Position numbers and translations under genes: made by a program | Notes under the pieces: model-generated | The model's input: the letters and a program-made list of their open reading frames with translations, nothing else | Databases searched by the model: none | What the model was told of the DNA's origin: nothing | Part shown: positions 17,318-25,245 of the stretch, one piece after another | Layout of the letters: each line of letters begins with the position of its first letter | How positions within the stretch are numbered: the stretch's first letter is position 1 | Virus record (IMG/VR): IMGVR_UViG_2882837327_000001 | Span: 1 to 64,000 of that record | Source: a virus | Lineage: Duplodnaviria; Caudoviricetes | Length of the DNA: 64,000 nucleotides | Direction: 5' to 3' (one strand)

Positions 17318-18315
17318 AGGCGATGCCGTGGCTCCGGGTCTACACGGAGATGCCCGGGGATATGAAGCTGCGCCGCGTCGCGAAACTGGCTCGGGCGCCT
17401 ATGGCCAGCGTGCTCTCGGTGTGGGTCTGCATGCTGTGCCACGCGGGCGGCCACGCCGGCGACAGCCGGGGCACCCTGGCCGGCTGGGATGACGGGACGA
17501 TCGCCACCGGCCTGGATCTCGAAGACGAGCAAGTCACCGCGATCCACGACGCCATGCAGGGGCTGCTTCTGGCGGGCGAGGTGCTGATCGGCTGGGAGCG
17601 GCGGCAGGGCGAGCTTCAGCCAGCCGATGGCAAGCCGGCCAGCACCTCGGCCGAGCGCATGCGTCGAATGCGTGAGCGAAAGGCGGAAAATGCTCGCGGT
17701 GACGGCGTGACAAATGTGACGCCAGAAGTGACGCATGTGACGCCAGCGGTGACGGTGGTGACAACGCCCGGGGCTGCGGTGACGCCTGTTACGGATGTGA
17801 CGCCCCTAGAAGAGAGAAGAGAAGAAGAGAAGAAGAAGGGTTGTTCTGATCCTGGGGAGGGGGTGCAGGGGGATGTGACGCAGCGCGCGGAGCGCACGCC
17901 CCCGCCCCAGCCGAACCTGCCCACGCTTTCGGCGCCGAAGCCGAAGGAGAAGCCGCCGCACTTCCTGCCGGCGGATTGGTCGCCGCGCCTCGATGACCTG
18001 ACCCTGGCTGCAACCAAGGGCCTGGACGGGCAGGCGGAGGCAACCTCCTTCCGCGACTACTGGATGAGCGAGGGCGGCGCCCGCGCCAAGAAGCGGGATT
18101 GGGATGCGGCCTTCCGCGTCTGGCTCGGGCGTAGCTCGCGACCATCTGCCGGCGGCATGGGCGTTCAGCCACCCCGCGGCCCGCGCCCCCCTACGCCCTC
18201 GGCGCAGGAGCGCGCTGATTCGCGGCATGCCGAGGCGGTGGATGAGCTGGGCCGCTACCTGAGCGGCGACCCGCTGGACGCGGGCTATGGCGCCAGCGTG
18301 GTGATCGACGGATGA
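17314..18315 (+). CDS. Phage replication initiator protein
   Basis: MPWLRVYTEMPGDMKLRRVA N-domain, AERMRRMRERK linker, internal iterons, C-terminal DnaT-like FRDYW...KKRDWDAAFRVW. Confidence 0.85.
   Translation: MKAMPWLRVYTEMPGDMKLRRVAKLARAPMASVLSVWVCMLCHAGGHAGDSRGTLAGWDDGTIATGLDLEDEQVTAIHDAMQGLLLAGEVLIGWERRQGELQPADGKPASTSAERMRRMRERKAENARGDGVTNVTPEVTHVTPAVTVVTTPGAAVTPVTDVTPLEERREEEKKKGCSDPGEGVQGDVTQRAERTPPPQPNLPTLSAPKPKEKPPHFLPADWSPRLDDLTLAATKGLDGQAEATSFRDYWMSEGGARAKKRDWDAAFRVWLGRSSRPSAGGMGVQPPRGPRPPTPSAQERADSRHAEAVDELGRYLSGDPLDAGYGASVVIDG
17699..17802 (+). repeat. Iteron-like GTGAC(G/A) repeats, putative replication origin
   Basis: GTGAC at 17699, 17707, 17716, 17728, 17737, 17749, 17758, 17779 and 17797, GTTAC at 17788; followed by an A/G-rich tract; one more copy at 17875. 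Confidence 0.75.
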
Positions 18316-19079
18316 GCGGCGAAGACGAACCCCGCATGCTCGGCCAGATGCTGACCGGTGGCGGTCAGTCCCGCGAGATCTCCATTCCCTCACGCCCGGT
18401 CGATCTGCCGCCGCGGCTGGCCGGTGCCCTGCGGGATCTGTCCTACCCGGCGATGCCCCGGACGGTGGCGGTCGATGTCCGCGACGAGGCCTGGCGGCTG
18501 CTGCCGGCGGCGGAAGCGGCCTGCGCGCCTGCCACCGCGCGGCAGTGGGCCCTCTTCCTGGGCCCGCTGATCTTGCTGCGCGTTGCCCGCTACCCGGAGA
18601 AGGATGTGGGCAAGCAGATGGAGCTGCTGGCCAGGTTCCTGACCTCGGTGCCGGCCCGCGTGCTGACCGAGGCGCGGCAGGCAGAGGCAACCCGCCGCTT
18701 TCACTACTGGCCAAGCGTCAAGGAACTGGCCGAGTGGCTCGAACCGGCTGGCGCGGGCCTGCGCGACCGAGTGATGGCGCTGCGCCGCCTGGCCTCGGCG
18801 CCGGTGGCGGCCAAGCCCGAGAAGGCCGCCGCCGTCCAGGCGCGGGCGCTGTCCGATCTCGCATCCGAGCTGCGCGTGAACGCCATGCAGCGCGACGCGG
18901 TGCTGCGCGACGCCCGAAAGGTGCGCGCCGCTCCCGTGGCGGTGGAGGCGCGCAACGCCGGCTACGAGGCCGCCGCCCGAAAGGCTGAGGCCGAGGGCGA
19001 TCCTGCCCGGGCCGCACGACTTCGCCTGGGGATCCGCCCCACGGCCATGAACCCGAACATCGAAGGGAAAGCGCAATGA
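18312..19079 (+). CDS. Putative replication partner (helicase-loader position)
   Basis: Directly after the initiator; FHYWPSVKELAEW motif. Confidence 0.55.
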   Translation: MSGEDEPRMLGQMLTGGGQSREISIPSRPVDLPPRLAGALRDLSYPAMPRTVAVDVRDEAWRLLPAAEAACAPATARQWALFLGPLILLRVARYPEKDVGKQMELLARFLTSVPARVLTEARQAEATRRFHYWPSVKELAEWLEPAGAGLRDRVMALRRLASAPVAAKPEKAAAVQARALSDLASELRVNAMQRDAVLRDARKVRAAPVAVEARNAGYEAAARKAEAEGDPARAARLRLGIRPTAMNPNIEGKAQ

Positions 19080-20008
19080 GCGAGCAGACTGCCCCTGGCC
19101 CGGATCGAGAGCTGCGGAAAATGATCCCGCATGAAGGGCCCGGCACCACGGTCGAAACCCTAAGCAGCCTCAATCTACTTGGCCTGCTGGGCTTCCTTGA
19201 AGACGCGCGCAGATGCCGTATCTTCGCGACGCCCGGCAACCCTGGGCTTGAGCTGACCCCAAGCGGCCAGGCACTGCTGGTGGAGGCGGTCACGCGGCTG
19301 ATCGGCCAGGCTGCGACAAGCCCGCGCGCCGCCTACGCAGAACGAATGCTCCGCGGGCCTGATTGCACGCTCACGGTCGAGAAGGTAGCGGACAATCTCG
19401 TCGGCCTTCGCTCAGGACGGGACGGTCACGAGGCCGTGGAGTTGCTGAGCTGCGCGGAGGCCAAGAAGCTTGGCCAGATGCTGCTGAATGTCGGCCAGCG
19501 CTCGGTGGCTGAAGCGGCCGCCTCTCCCACGGAACCGGACGGTATGCTGGCCTACGCGCTGGCCATCCAGAACCCTAGCCGCGAGGATCCGAACTGGCCG
19601 CTTCCCAGCTTTGATGCCCAGGATTGGGCGACGGCCTTCTGCGAGAAGAACCCCGGCGTTGATGAGGGCGTTGCTCTGGCGTGGTTCTCGAACGCCCTGA
19701 TGCGCGGGTTTGACGAGCACGCATACCGCCAGAGCGGCGGTGGCAGCAAATGCGCGCCGGTCCGCGCCGCGGCCGCACCCGGGGAGCTGTCGCGGCAGGC
19801 CGCGCGGAGGGATGCTGCGAAGCTCGACGCTTCGCTGCAGGCCCGTCGCGACAACGCCATGGAGGCCTACTGCAGCGCCAGCAGCCGCGAAGAGAAAGAA
19901 CGCTGCTGGGGCCAGGCGCAGGCCTACCGCGACGCGCTGACGCTGCTGCGCGACCTTCAGGCGAAGCTTACGAAGGCCGACACGGTGGCGGCTGAGGTGG
20001 CGGCATGA
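19076..20008 (+). CDS. Hypothetical mosaic phage protein
   Basis: ATGA-coupled; contains SFDAQDWATAF...WFSNALMRG segment. Confidence 0.6.
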   Translation: MSEQTAPGPDRELRKMIPHEGPGTTVETLSSLNLLGLLGFLEDARRCRIFATPGNPGLELTPSGQALLVEAVTRLIGQAATSPRAAYAERMLRGPDCTLTVEKVADNLVGLRSGRDGHEAVELLSCAEAKKLGQMLLNVGQRSVAEAAASPTEPDGMLAYALAIQNPSREDPNWPLPSFDAQDWATAFCEKNPGVDEGVALAWFSNALMRGFDEHAYRQSGGGSKCAPVRAAAAPGELSRQAARRDAAKLDASLQARRDNAMEAYCSASSREEKERCWGQAQAYRDALTLLRDLQAKLTKADTVAAEVAA

Positions 20009-20277
20009 GCGCGCCCCTGGCACGCGGTGGCATGAGCAGGCTGCCGCCAAACCGCCCCACGGATGGCCAGATCCTGGCCGCGCTGGGGTCCACCGGCGCC
20101 CGCGCCTGGCGTATCGCCAACCGCTTCGGAGAAGAAATCACGCCCCGCTACATCCGCGTCAGGCTTAACGCCATGGAGAAGCGAGGGCTGGTGACGCGCG
20201 GGGTATCCAAGGTCGTGCCTACTGACATCCACTGGATGCGTGCGGTGGCGGACACGCCGAAGGAAGGTGCCGCATGA
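20005..20277 (+). CDS. Small winged-helix-like protein
   Basis: QILAALG...AWRIANRF...IRVRLNAMEKRGLV. Confidence 0.55.
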   Translation: MSAPLARGGMSRLPPNRPTDGQILAALGSTGARAWRIANRFGEEITPRYIRVRLNAMEKRGLVTRGVSKVVPTDIHWMRAVADTPKEGAA

Positions 20278-20498
20278 GGAGGCTCAGCACCCTTTCAGCG
20301 CTGGGCATGACCACGCTGCTGATGAGCACGCCGGCGGTCATCACGGAGCCCGCTGCCCGTGTCGAAGTGAGGCCCGCGCCGCCGGAGGCGCCGCGCGCGC
20401 CAATGCCCGCATTGCCTCCCAACCCCAACAGCCCGCGCGCCAGCGTGCCGGGCAGCGTGCGCCGGCGCCTGGCGCGCCAGGGAGGTGGCAATGTGTAA
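20274..20498 (+). CDS. Small hypothetical protein
   Basis: Coupled ORF. Confidence 0.45.
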   Translation: MRRLSTLSALGMTTLLMSTPAVITEPAARVEVRPAPPEAPRAPMPALPPNPNSPRASVPGSVRRRLARQGGGNV

Positions 20499-21855
20499 GT
20501 GCACCCCAGAGGTCCGCACCCCGTTTTGCAGCAAGCCGGGCTGCGGCTGGCCCGCCCAAACCTCTGCGGCGCCCGCCGCGGAGATCTGGGACGGCAGGCC
20601 TGAGCGGCCAGAGCTGTCGCGCAAGCACTACGTCGCGCTGCGGAATCCGCGTCTGACGCGGGAAGGCGGACACCTCATCGCCTGGGAGGCTGGCGAAGGT
20701 GGATACTGGTGGCATTACGCGCTGGGCGAGCGATGGAGTCCGGCGGAGGTGGCCGCGAAATGGCGCTACATCGGCCCGTGGCGGGATCCCGAGCTGGTCG
20801 AGACCGCCATCACCAAGCTGCAGGCCATCATGGATTGGGCGGACACGGTGGAGGCGCGGCCGCAGCTTTTCGCGAGCGGCGGGCCGGCGGGCAACCTGCG
20901 TGGCCCGGTCTTCGATGACGCGCGGGCGGTGCTGGCGGCTATGGATGGAGGGCTGCTTGCGCCGGCGCTGGTCGAACTATCCGGAAATTCCGGGGGGGTG
21001 GCTTGCGGGTTCGATCCGAGGCCCATGGCTATGGCAGCGACCGATCATGATGTCCGAATGCTCCGGCTGGCGCTGAAGCGAGACAAGGATCTCGGGCGTT
21101 CTCAGGCGCGCATCCCCTTCGACATGCTTGCTGCCCTGTTCGCCCGCATCGAGGAGGATGCAGTCGCTCTTCAAGGGCTGGGGAAGGCCGTGGCACGAGA
21201 AGCATCGGAGGCCTTCAAAGGCAACGTTGCCGCGGTCAGCCTGGCCGGGCTCAACACCATGGACGTGCAGCCCCTGCTGATGGCGGTGCAATCTTGGGAC
21301 ATCAGCACCGGCCGGGCGCGCGAGCTTCTGCGATGCTGGATCCTGGGCACCTTCTCACCGGAGATGCTGCCGCCCATGAAAGACCTGGGGCTGGCGGAAA
21401 CTGACGATCCTGGTGACGTGCTGCTCGGGATGCGCGCCGCCCGCGAAGCTGATGCTCGGGCGTTGGAGGTGCGCGCGGCCGAGGTGGAAGCCGATCTTGC
21501 CGCACGAAGCCAGACCGCCGGCAAGGATGAGCGGAACGGCCTGAGTGACCTGGCTCGCGAGCTGCGCGCCCAGGCCGCGGCCATCCGCGCCCGCGGCCAC
21601 CATTCTCCCGGCGCCGGGCAAATGGTCGCGGCGCCTATCCAGGTCTGGCCCTTCCATGAAGCGCCAGAGGCCCTGCGCGAGCTCTCCACCAATGGCGGCG
21701 ATGAGGACTGGCTGGTGCTGATCGCGGCGGGCACTCGCTGGGTGGAGGAGACGCCCATGTGGTTGGAAGAGGGGCGCGGGGGCTTCGGGGTGTGCTGTGT
21801 CCTTCGGTTCTCGCAGCCTGACGGCTCTGTCGTCCTGATCGGCTGCCACTCATGA
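20491..21855 (+). CDS. Hypothetical mosaic phage protein
   Basis: RBS GGAGG; Cys-rich N-terminus; coupled to the next gene. Confidence 0.65.
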   Translation: MCKCTPEVRTPFCSKPGCGWPAQTSAAPAAEIWDGRPERPELSRKHYVALRNPRLTREGGHLIAWEAGEGGYWWHYALGERWSPAEVAAKWRYIGPWRDPELVETAITKLQAIMDWADTVEARPQLFASGGPAGNLRGPVFDDARAVLAAMDGGLLAPALVELSGNSGGVACGFDPRPMAMAATDHDVRMLRLALKRDKDLGRSQARIPFDMLAALFARIEEDAVALQGLGKAVAREASEAFKGNVAAVSLAGLNTMDVQPLLMAVQSWDISTGRARELLRCWILGTFSPEMLPPMKDLGLAETDDPGDVLLGMRAAREADARALEVRAAEVEADLAARSQTAGKDERNGLSDLARELRAQAAAIRARGHHSPGAGQMVAAPIQVWPFHEAPEALRELSTNGGDEDWLVLIAAGTRWVEETPMWLEEGRGGFGVCCVLRFSQPDGSVVLIGCHS

Positions 21856-22373
21856 TCCGCCGCCTCGAAACTCGCCTGTGCAACTGGCTGACGCGGCGCC
21901 GCGACGAGCGGACCGAGGAGCGCGTGGGGGGGTCTCAGAAGTGCCCCTGGTGCCGGCAGTGGACCCATATGTCGCCCGGCTGGGGACTGACGGAATGGGC
22001 CGAAGATCCAAGCCTGGATGTCCTGACCTGCGGCGTCTGCGGCGGAACCAGCGCCTGGCTGTTCGGCCCGGTCATGATCGCGATGGGGCCCCTTGTCCCT
22101 CCTGCGCCGGAGCCGGACTTCCCCGATGAGCTGCGGCGCAAGCCGCCAATCATGGCACCCGAGCTGAGCGACGATCTGCGACGTGCGGTATGGCGGGCCC
22201 AATACGAGCACAAGCGGGCGGAGAAGTACCCCAACGTTACCGACGAAGAGATCGCGGCACTGGTGGAGGCGAGGATTGCTGACGCTGGCCAGGCCGCCAT
22301 GGACCGCGCGGCGTATGCGGCTCAGCTCGCGTTCGTGCAGCGGGCGTCTCTGCCGGGAGGCGAGCATGGGTGA
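21852..22373 (+). CDS. Hypothetical zinc-ribbon protein
   Basis: CPWC and CGVC motifs. Confidence 0.6.
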   Translation: MIRRLETRLCNWLTRRRDERTEERVGGSQKCPWCRQWTHMSPGWGLTEWAEDPSLDVLTCGVCGGTSAWLFGPVMIAMGPLVPPAPEPDFPDELRRKPPIMAPELSDDLRRAVWRAQYEHKRAEKYPNVTDEEIAALVEARIADAGQAAMDRAAYAAQLAFVQRASLPGGEHG

Positions 22374-22812
22374 TCCGGTCCTTGAGGCGGGCAGGCGTCC
22401 CGTCCTACGCGCGCTCCTTCGCTGCTACGAATGTGCCGAGGACGGGCAGGATACCGATGTCGGCCGAGACATGCTCGGGAAGCTGGTGGCCGCCGGCTGG
22501 CTCACGAAGGACGGCAGGAATCGGTGGCAATTCACAATCGCCGGGCAAGCCATCGTTACAGCCATCGACGCCATCCCCGGCATGCGGGATGTGGTCGAAG
22601 AACGCGCGGTCGTGTTGCCGATCGGGTCGAAAACTCCCGTGGCGGATATGCTCGAAGCCTGCGCGCGTGAGGGCCGTGTCGTCCCGCCTGGCACCTATCA
22701 TCCCGAGCGAGACCTGAACCTGCATGGGGCCACCCTCATAGGCTCCGGTCCTGGCAGGAGCGTAATTCGCTTCTTTCCGCCCTTCGAGGACTGGGGTGGG
22801 AACCTTGGCTAA
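22366..22812 (+). CDS. Hypothetical protein
   Basis: RBS GGAGG; start MGDPVL. Confidence 0.55.
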   Translation: MGDPVLEAGRRPVLRALLRCYECAEDGQDTDVGRDMLGKLVAAGWLTKDGRNRWQFTIAGQAIVTAIDAIPGMRDVVEERAVVLPIGSKTPVADMLEACAREGRVVPPGTYHPERDLNLHGATLIGSGPGRSVIRFFPPFEDWGGNLG

Positions 22813-23002
22813 GGCGTCGCGGCATAGAGAGGCGTCGGGCCACCTCGTCCGCCACCGCGTGGTCATTAAGCCGCTGTGCCTCCTGATAGGCGTGGGCGCC
22901 CTGCTGGCTGTGCCTTGGCACCCCGAGCTCGCGCCGATGTTGTGGCTCGGGGGCGGTCTGGCGCTGCTCGACTTCATCATCGGGCTGGTCTGGGGCAGAT
23001 AG
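22796..23002 (+). CDS. Small two-TM membrane protein
   Basis: Two hydrophobic helices. Confidence 0.5.
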   Translation: MGTLAKASRHREASGHLVRHRVVIKPLCLLIGVGALLAVPWHPELAPMLWLGGGLALLDFIIGLVWGR

Positions 23003-23020
23003 CCCCAGCGCCGCCTTCCA

Positions 23021-23407
23021 ATGGACTTTCGTAAACATGACATTCGGCATGAAGACTTTCGGATTGGCACCTGTGAGGGTTCTGCCCCGGTGATCGAGCA
23101 AACCCTTGCCGAACTCAGGGCTGCCGGGTGGCGCCTGAACAACCTGTATGAGCATGACAATGGCCAATGGGTGGCGAACGCCCGCCGCCCGGCTGCTGAC
23201 GGCGGCACGGACATCGACTTCGCGCGCGGCGACTGTGCGGTCGAAGCGTTGCGGACGCTGACCGCTAAGCTGGGCATGGCGCAGCACGCGCCCGCCTTCC
23301 ACGTGCCGGCGGTCGCCGCGGTCTCGCCGCATCCTCAGCGACCAGCGTCACCTGCACCACCTGCACCACCTGCACCCGGAGCCATCGCGCAGGGCGAGCT
23401 GTTCTAG
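23021..23407 (+). CDS. Hypothetical phage protein
   Basis: 128-aa ORF ending QGELF. Confidence 0.6.
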   Translation: MDFRKHDIRHEDFRIGTCEGSAPVIEQTLAELRAAGWRLNNLYEHDNGQWVANARRPAADGGTDIDFARGDCAVEALRTLTAKLGMAQHAPAFHVPAVAAVSPHPQRPASPAPPAPPAPGAIAQGELF

Positions 23408-23412
23408 GGACC

Positions 23413-23715
23413 ATGGGAATGCGAGCACATGCCGCCCTCGCTCTGATGGGCCTCGCCCTCGTCGCTTGGTCCACCGCCGCGGCCTTCGGGCCGAGCGGTG
23501 AGATGATCGCCTTCATCTCCACGCTGGTCTGCTGCCTGCTGGCGGTGCTGGTCCTCCCGATCAACGGTCCGGCCGCAGATCCGGCGTGCCCGGCCCGCGC
23601 CCGGCCGATTTCTCAATTTCGCCGGCCAGATCCCCGGCTTGCCCGGAAATTCCCGCCCCGCCGTGCGGTCGCGACCGGGAACCGCCCGGACACGGCCGGG
23701 CACAGGCCGGTCTAG
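23413..23715 (+). CDS. Small membrane protein
   Basis: Two N-terminal hydrophobic segments. Confidence 0.5.
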   Translation: MGMRAHAALALMGLALVAWSTAAAFGPSGEMIAFISTLVCCLLAVLVLPINGPAADPACPARARPISQFRRPDPRLARKFPPRRAVATGNRPDTAGHRPV

Positions 23716-23820
23716 GCGAAGCGGGCAGGAAGAGCGCAGCATGCTGGCCTCCATGCAGGCAGATTGTCCAGAAATCGGGAAAGTGGCGGAAATCGGCGGA
23801 CGGCCCGCCGTGGCGCGGCC

Positions 23821-24096
23821 ATGAGCGCATCCGCTAACGACCAGCCGCCCGCCGGCGCCAGCACCACCGATTCCACCCACGCGGAGGAGATGGCCGCCTT
23901 CGACGCGCTCCCGGGCCGAGTGCGCTGGAAGCTCGACAATGCGCTTCGCCCTTGGTCGGCGGTGAATCTGCTAGCGCGCTGGCAGCGGTGCGCGTCGGTT
24001 TATGGCCGGCAGCGGGCAACGGAGCGCGCGGTAGCGGAGATCGAAAGGGCGGATCTCCAGGAGATCGAAGCGCGGCGCCGCCACGGGCGCGACTGA
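23821..24096 (+). CDS. Hypothetical protein (DUF6525-like pattern)
   Basis: EMAAFDALPGRVRWKLDNALRPWS. Confidence 0.55.
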   Translation: MSASANDQPPAGASTTDSTHAEEMAAFDALPGRVRWKLDNALRPWSAVNLLARWQRCASVYGRQRATERAVAEIERADLQEIEARRRHGRD

Positions 24097-24283
24097 AAAG
24101 AGCCCCCTGGAGGGACCACGCTTGTTCACCATTCGTTTCTATATGGTGCACTACCGCATCCACAAGCATGGGGGTGGTGAGCCCTCATACCAATCGGCTA
24201 ACGTGACCTGCGTGTGCTTGTTGTGCAGTCGAATCCCCGGCGTAGCGTGAACAAGCTCCGCAGCAACGAAAGGAGCAACTGCC

Positions 24284-24373
24284 TTGTTAGGGCAGATCTG
24301 GATCAAGCTGGCCGAGAGGGCCCTTGAAGCGTTAACGGCGCTTCTCTGGTTCCTCTCGGCTCTGCTCTCTTAA
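24284..24373 (+). CDS. 29-aa hydrophobic peptide, type I toxin-like
   Basis: AAAGGAG RBS then TTG; MLGQIWIKLAERALEALTALLWFLSALLS; below the ORF-track cutoff. Confidence 0.5.
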   Translation: MLGQIWIKLAERALEALTALLWFLSALLS

Positions 24374-24515
24374 CCCAGGCCTAACCCGAGGCTCAGTTTC
24401 CAGGCCGTGTCTCAGGGTAGTCCCAAAGCTGGCGGCGGCGACGCTGCCGCCGGCACCAACTGCTGCGAAAGATCGTGCGGAACGTCGATTTCGTCAATTG
24501 AAACTGGAAATGGGC

Positions 24516-24815
24516 CTATTCCGGTCCTATCGCGTGTCGGCCCTTCCGCGTGTGCGAAGTGGACAGTTCATGAGCTCTGCTTGGTCCGCCGCGCCCCACC
24601 GGGAAGCGATCAGCGTCTTCGGCCAACAGTCCCTCTTCAATGCTCAGGCTGCGCATGAAGAAGTAGGCCTGCTTCCGGCCGTCATCGCTCATCTCATCCC
24701 AGAGTCGGATGAACTCGGCGCGGTCGGCGGGCCCGGGCTTACGCCCCGGGATGCGCTTCTTCACCGTGCCGTCTTCGGGCTTGGCGGTTGGTATCGTGCG
24801 GGGCTTGGTGACCAT
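24516..24815 (-). CDS. Hypothetical protein
   Basis: GGAG upstream; last gene of the late strand. Confidence 0.55.
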   Translation of the reverse strand: MVTKPRTIPTAKPEDGTVKKRIPGRKPGPADRAEFIRLWDEMSDDGRKQAYFFMRSLSIEEGLLAEDADRFPVGRGGPSRAHELSTSHTRKGRHAIGPE

Positions 24816-24865
24816 CTGAGCTCCATCCCTTCGGCGGCGGAGCCAAGACTATACCCGATGGTGCG

Positions 24866-25144
24866 TCAGAACAGGCGCATGGCCTGCGCGGCCGCGGCGC
24901 GTATCGGCGCCAGCAGGGGCAGCAGGTGCGGGGCCAGATAGGTGAGCATGGCGGTGCCGATCGCCAACAGCACGGTCAGAATGCGGCGCAGCAGCTTATC
25001 CTGGGCGGTCAGCCGCTCGTCTATCTTGTCGTCCCAGTCCTTGAACTGCTTCTGCATCAGCCGCCAGCGATAGCCCGCCATCTCGACATGGATGGCCAGG
25101 TCGCTCTTTTCCTGTTCGAGCACGGCACGCTCATGGTCGGTCAT
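24866..25144 (-). CDS. Holin-like coiled-coil plus C-terminal TM protein
   Basis: MTDHER...coiled coil...ILTVLLAIGTAMLTYLA; position after the tail fibres. Confidence 0.5.
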   Translation of the reverse strand: MTDHERAVLEQEKSDLAIHVEMAGYRWRLMQKQFKDWDDKIDERLTAQDKLLRRILTVLLAIGTAMLTYLAPHLLPLLAPIRAAAAQAMRLF

Positions 25145-25205
25145 GGGTGATTCGCTGCTCGGCAGGTCTGGATCGATGGCACGCGCGTCATGCACCAGCT
25201 TTAGG

Positions 25206-25215
25206 GTCACGACGC
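25206..25215 (-). promoter_or_regulatory. Late-promoter motif GCGTCGTGAC, copy 1
   Basis: Exact match; ATG 14 nt downstream (25191). Confidence 0.65.
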
Positions 25216-25245
25216 CCCGGGCGGGATGCCGCAGCGCCGCGGCCA

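Noticed and set aside
17699-17802. Possible CRISPR-like or mini-array
   Set aside because: Repeats are only 5-6 nt with irregular short spacing inside a CDS; no cas genes; better explained as iterons
23341-23380. Short tandem repeat CACCTGCAC x3-4
   Set aside because: Encodes a Pro/Ala linker (PAPPAPPAP) within a CDS; no evidence of phase variation
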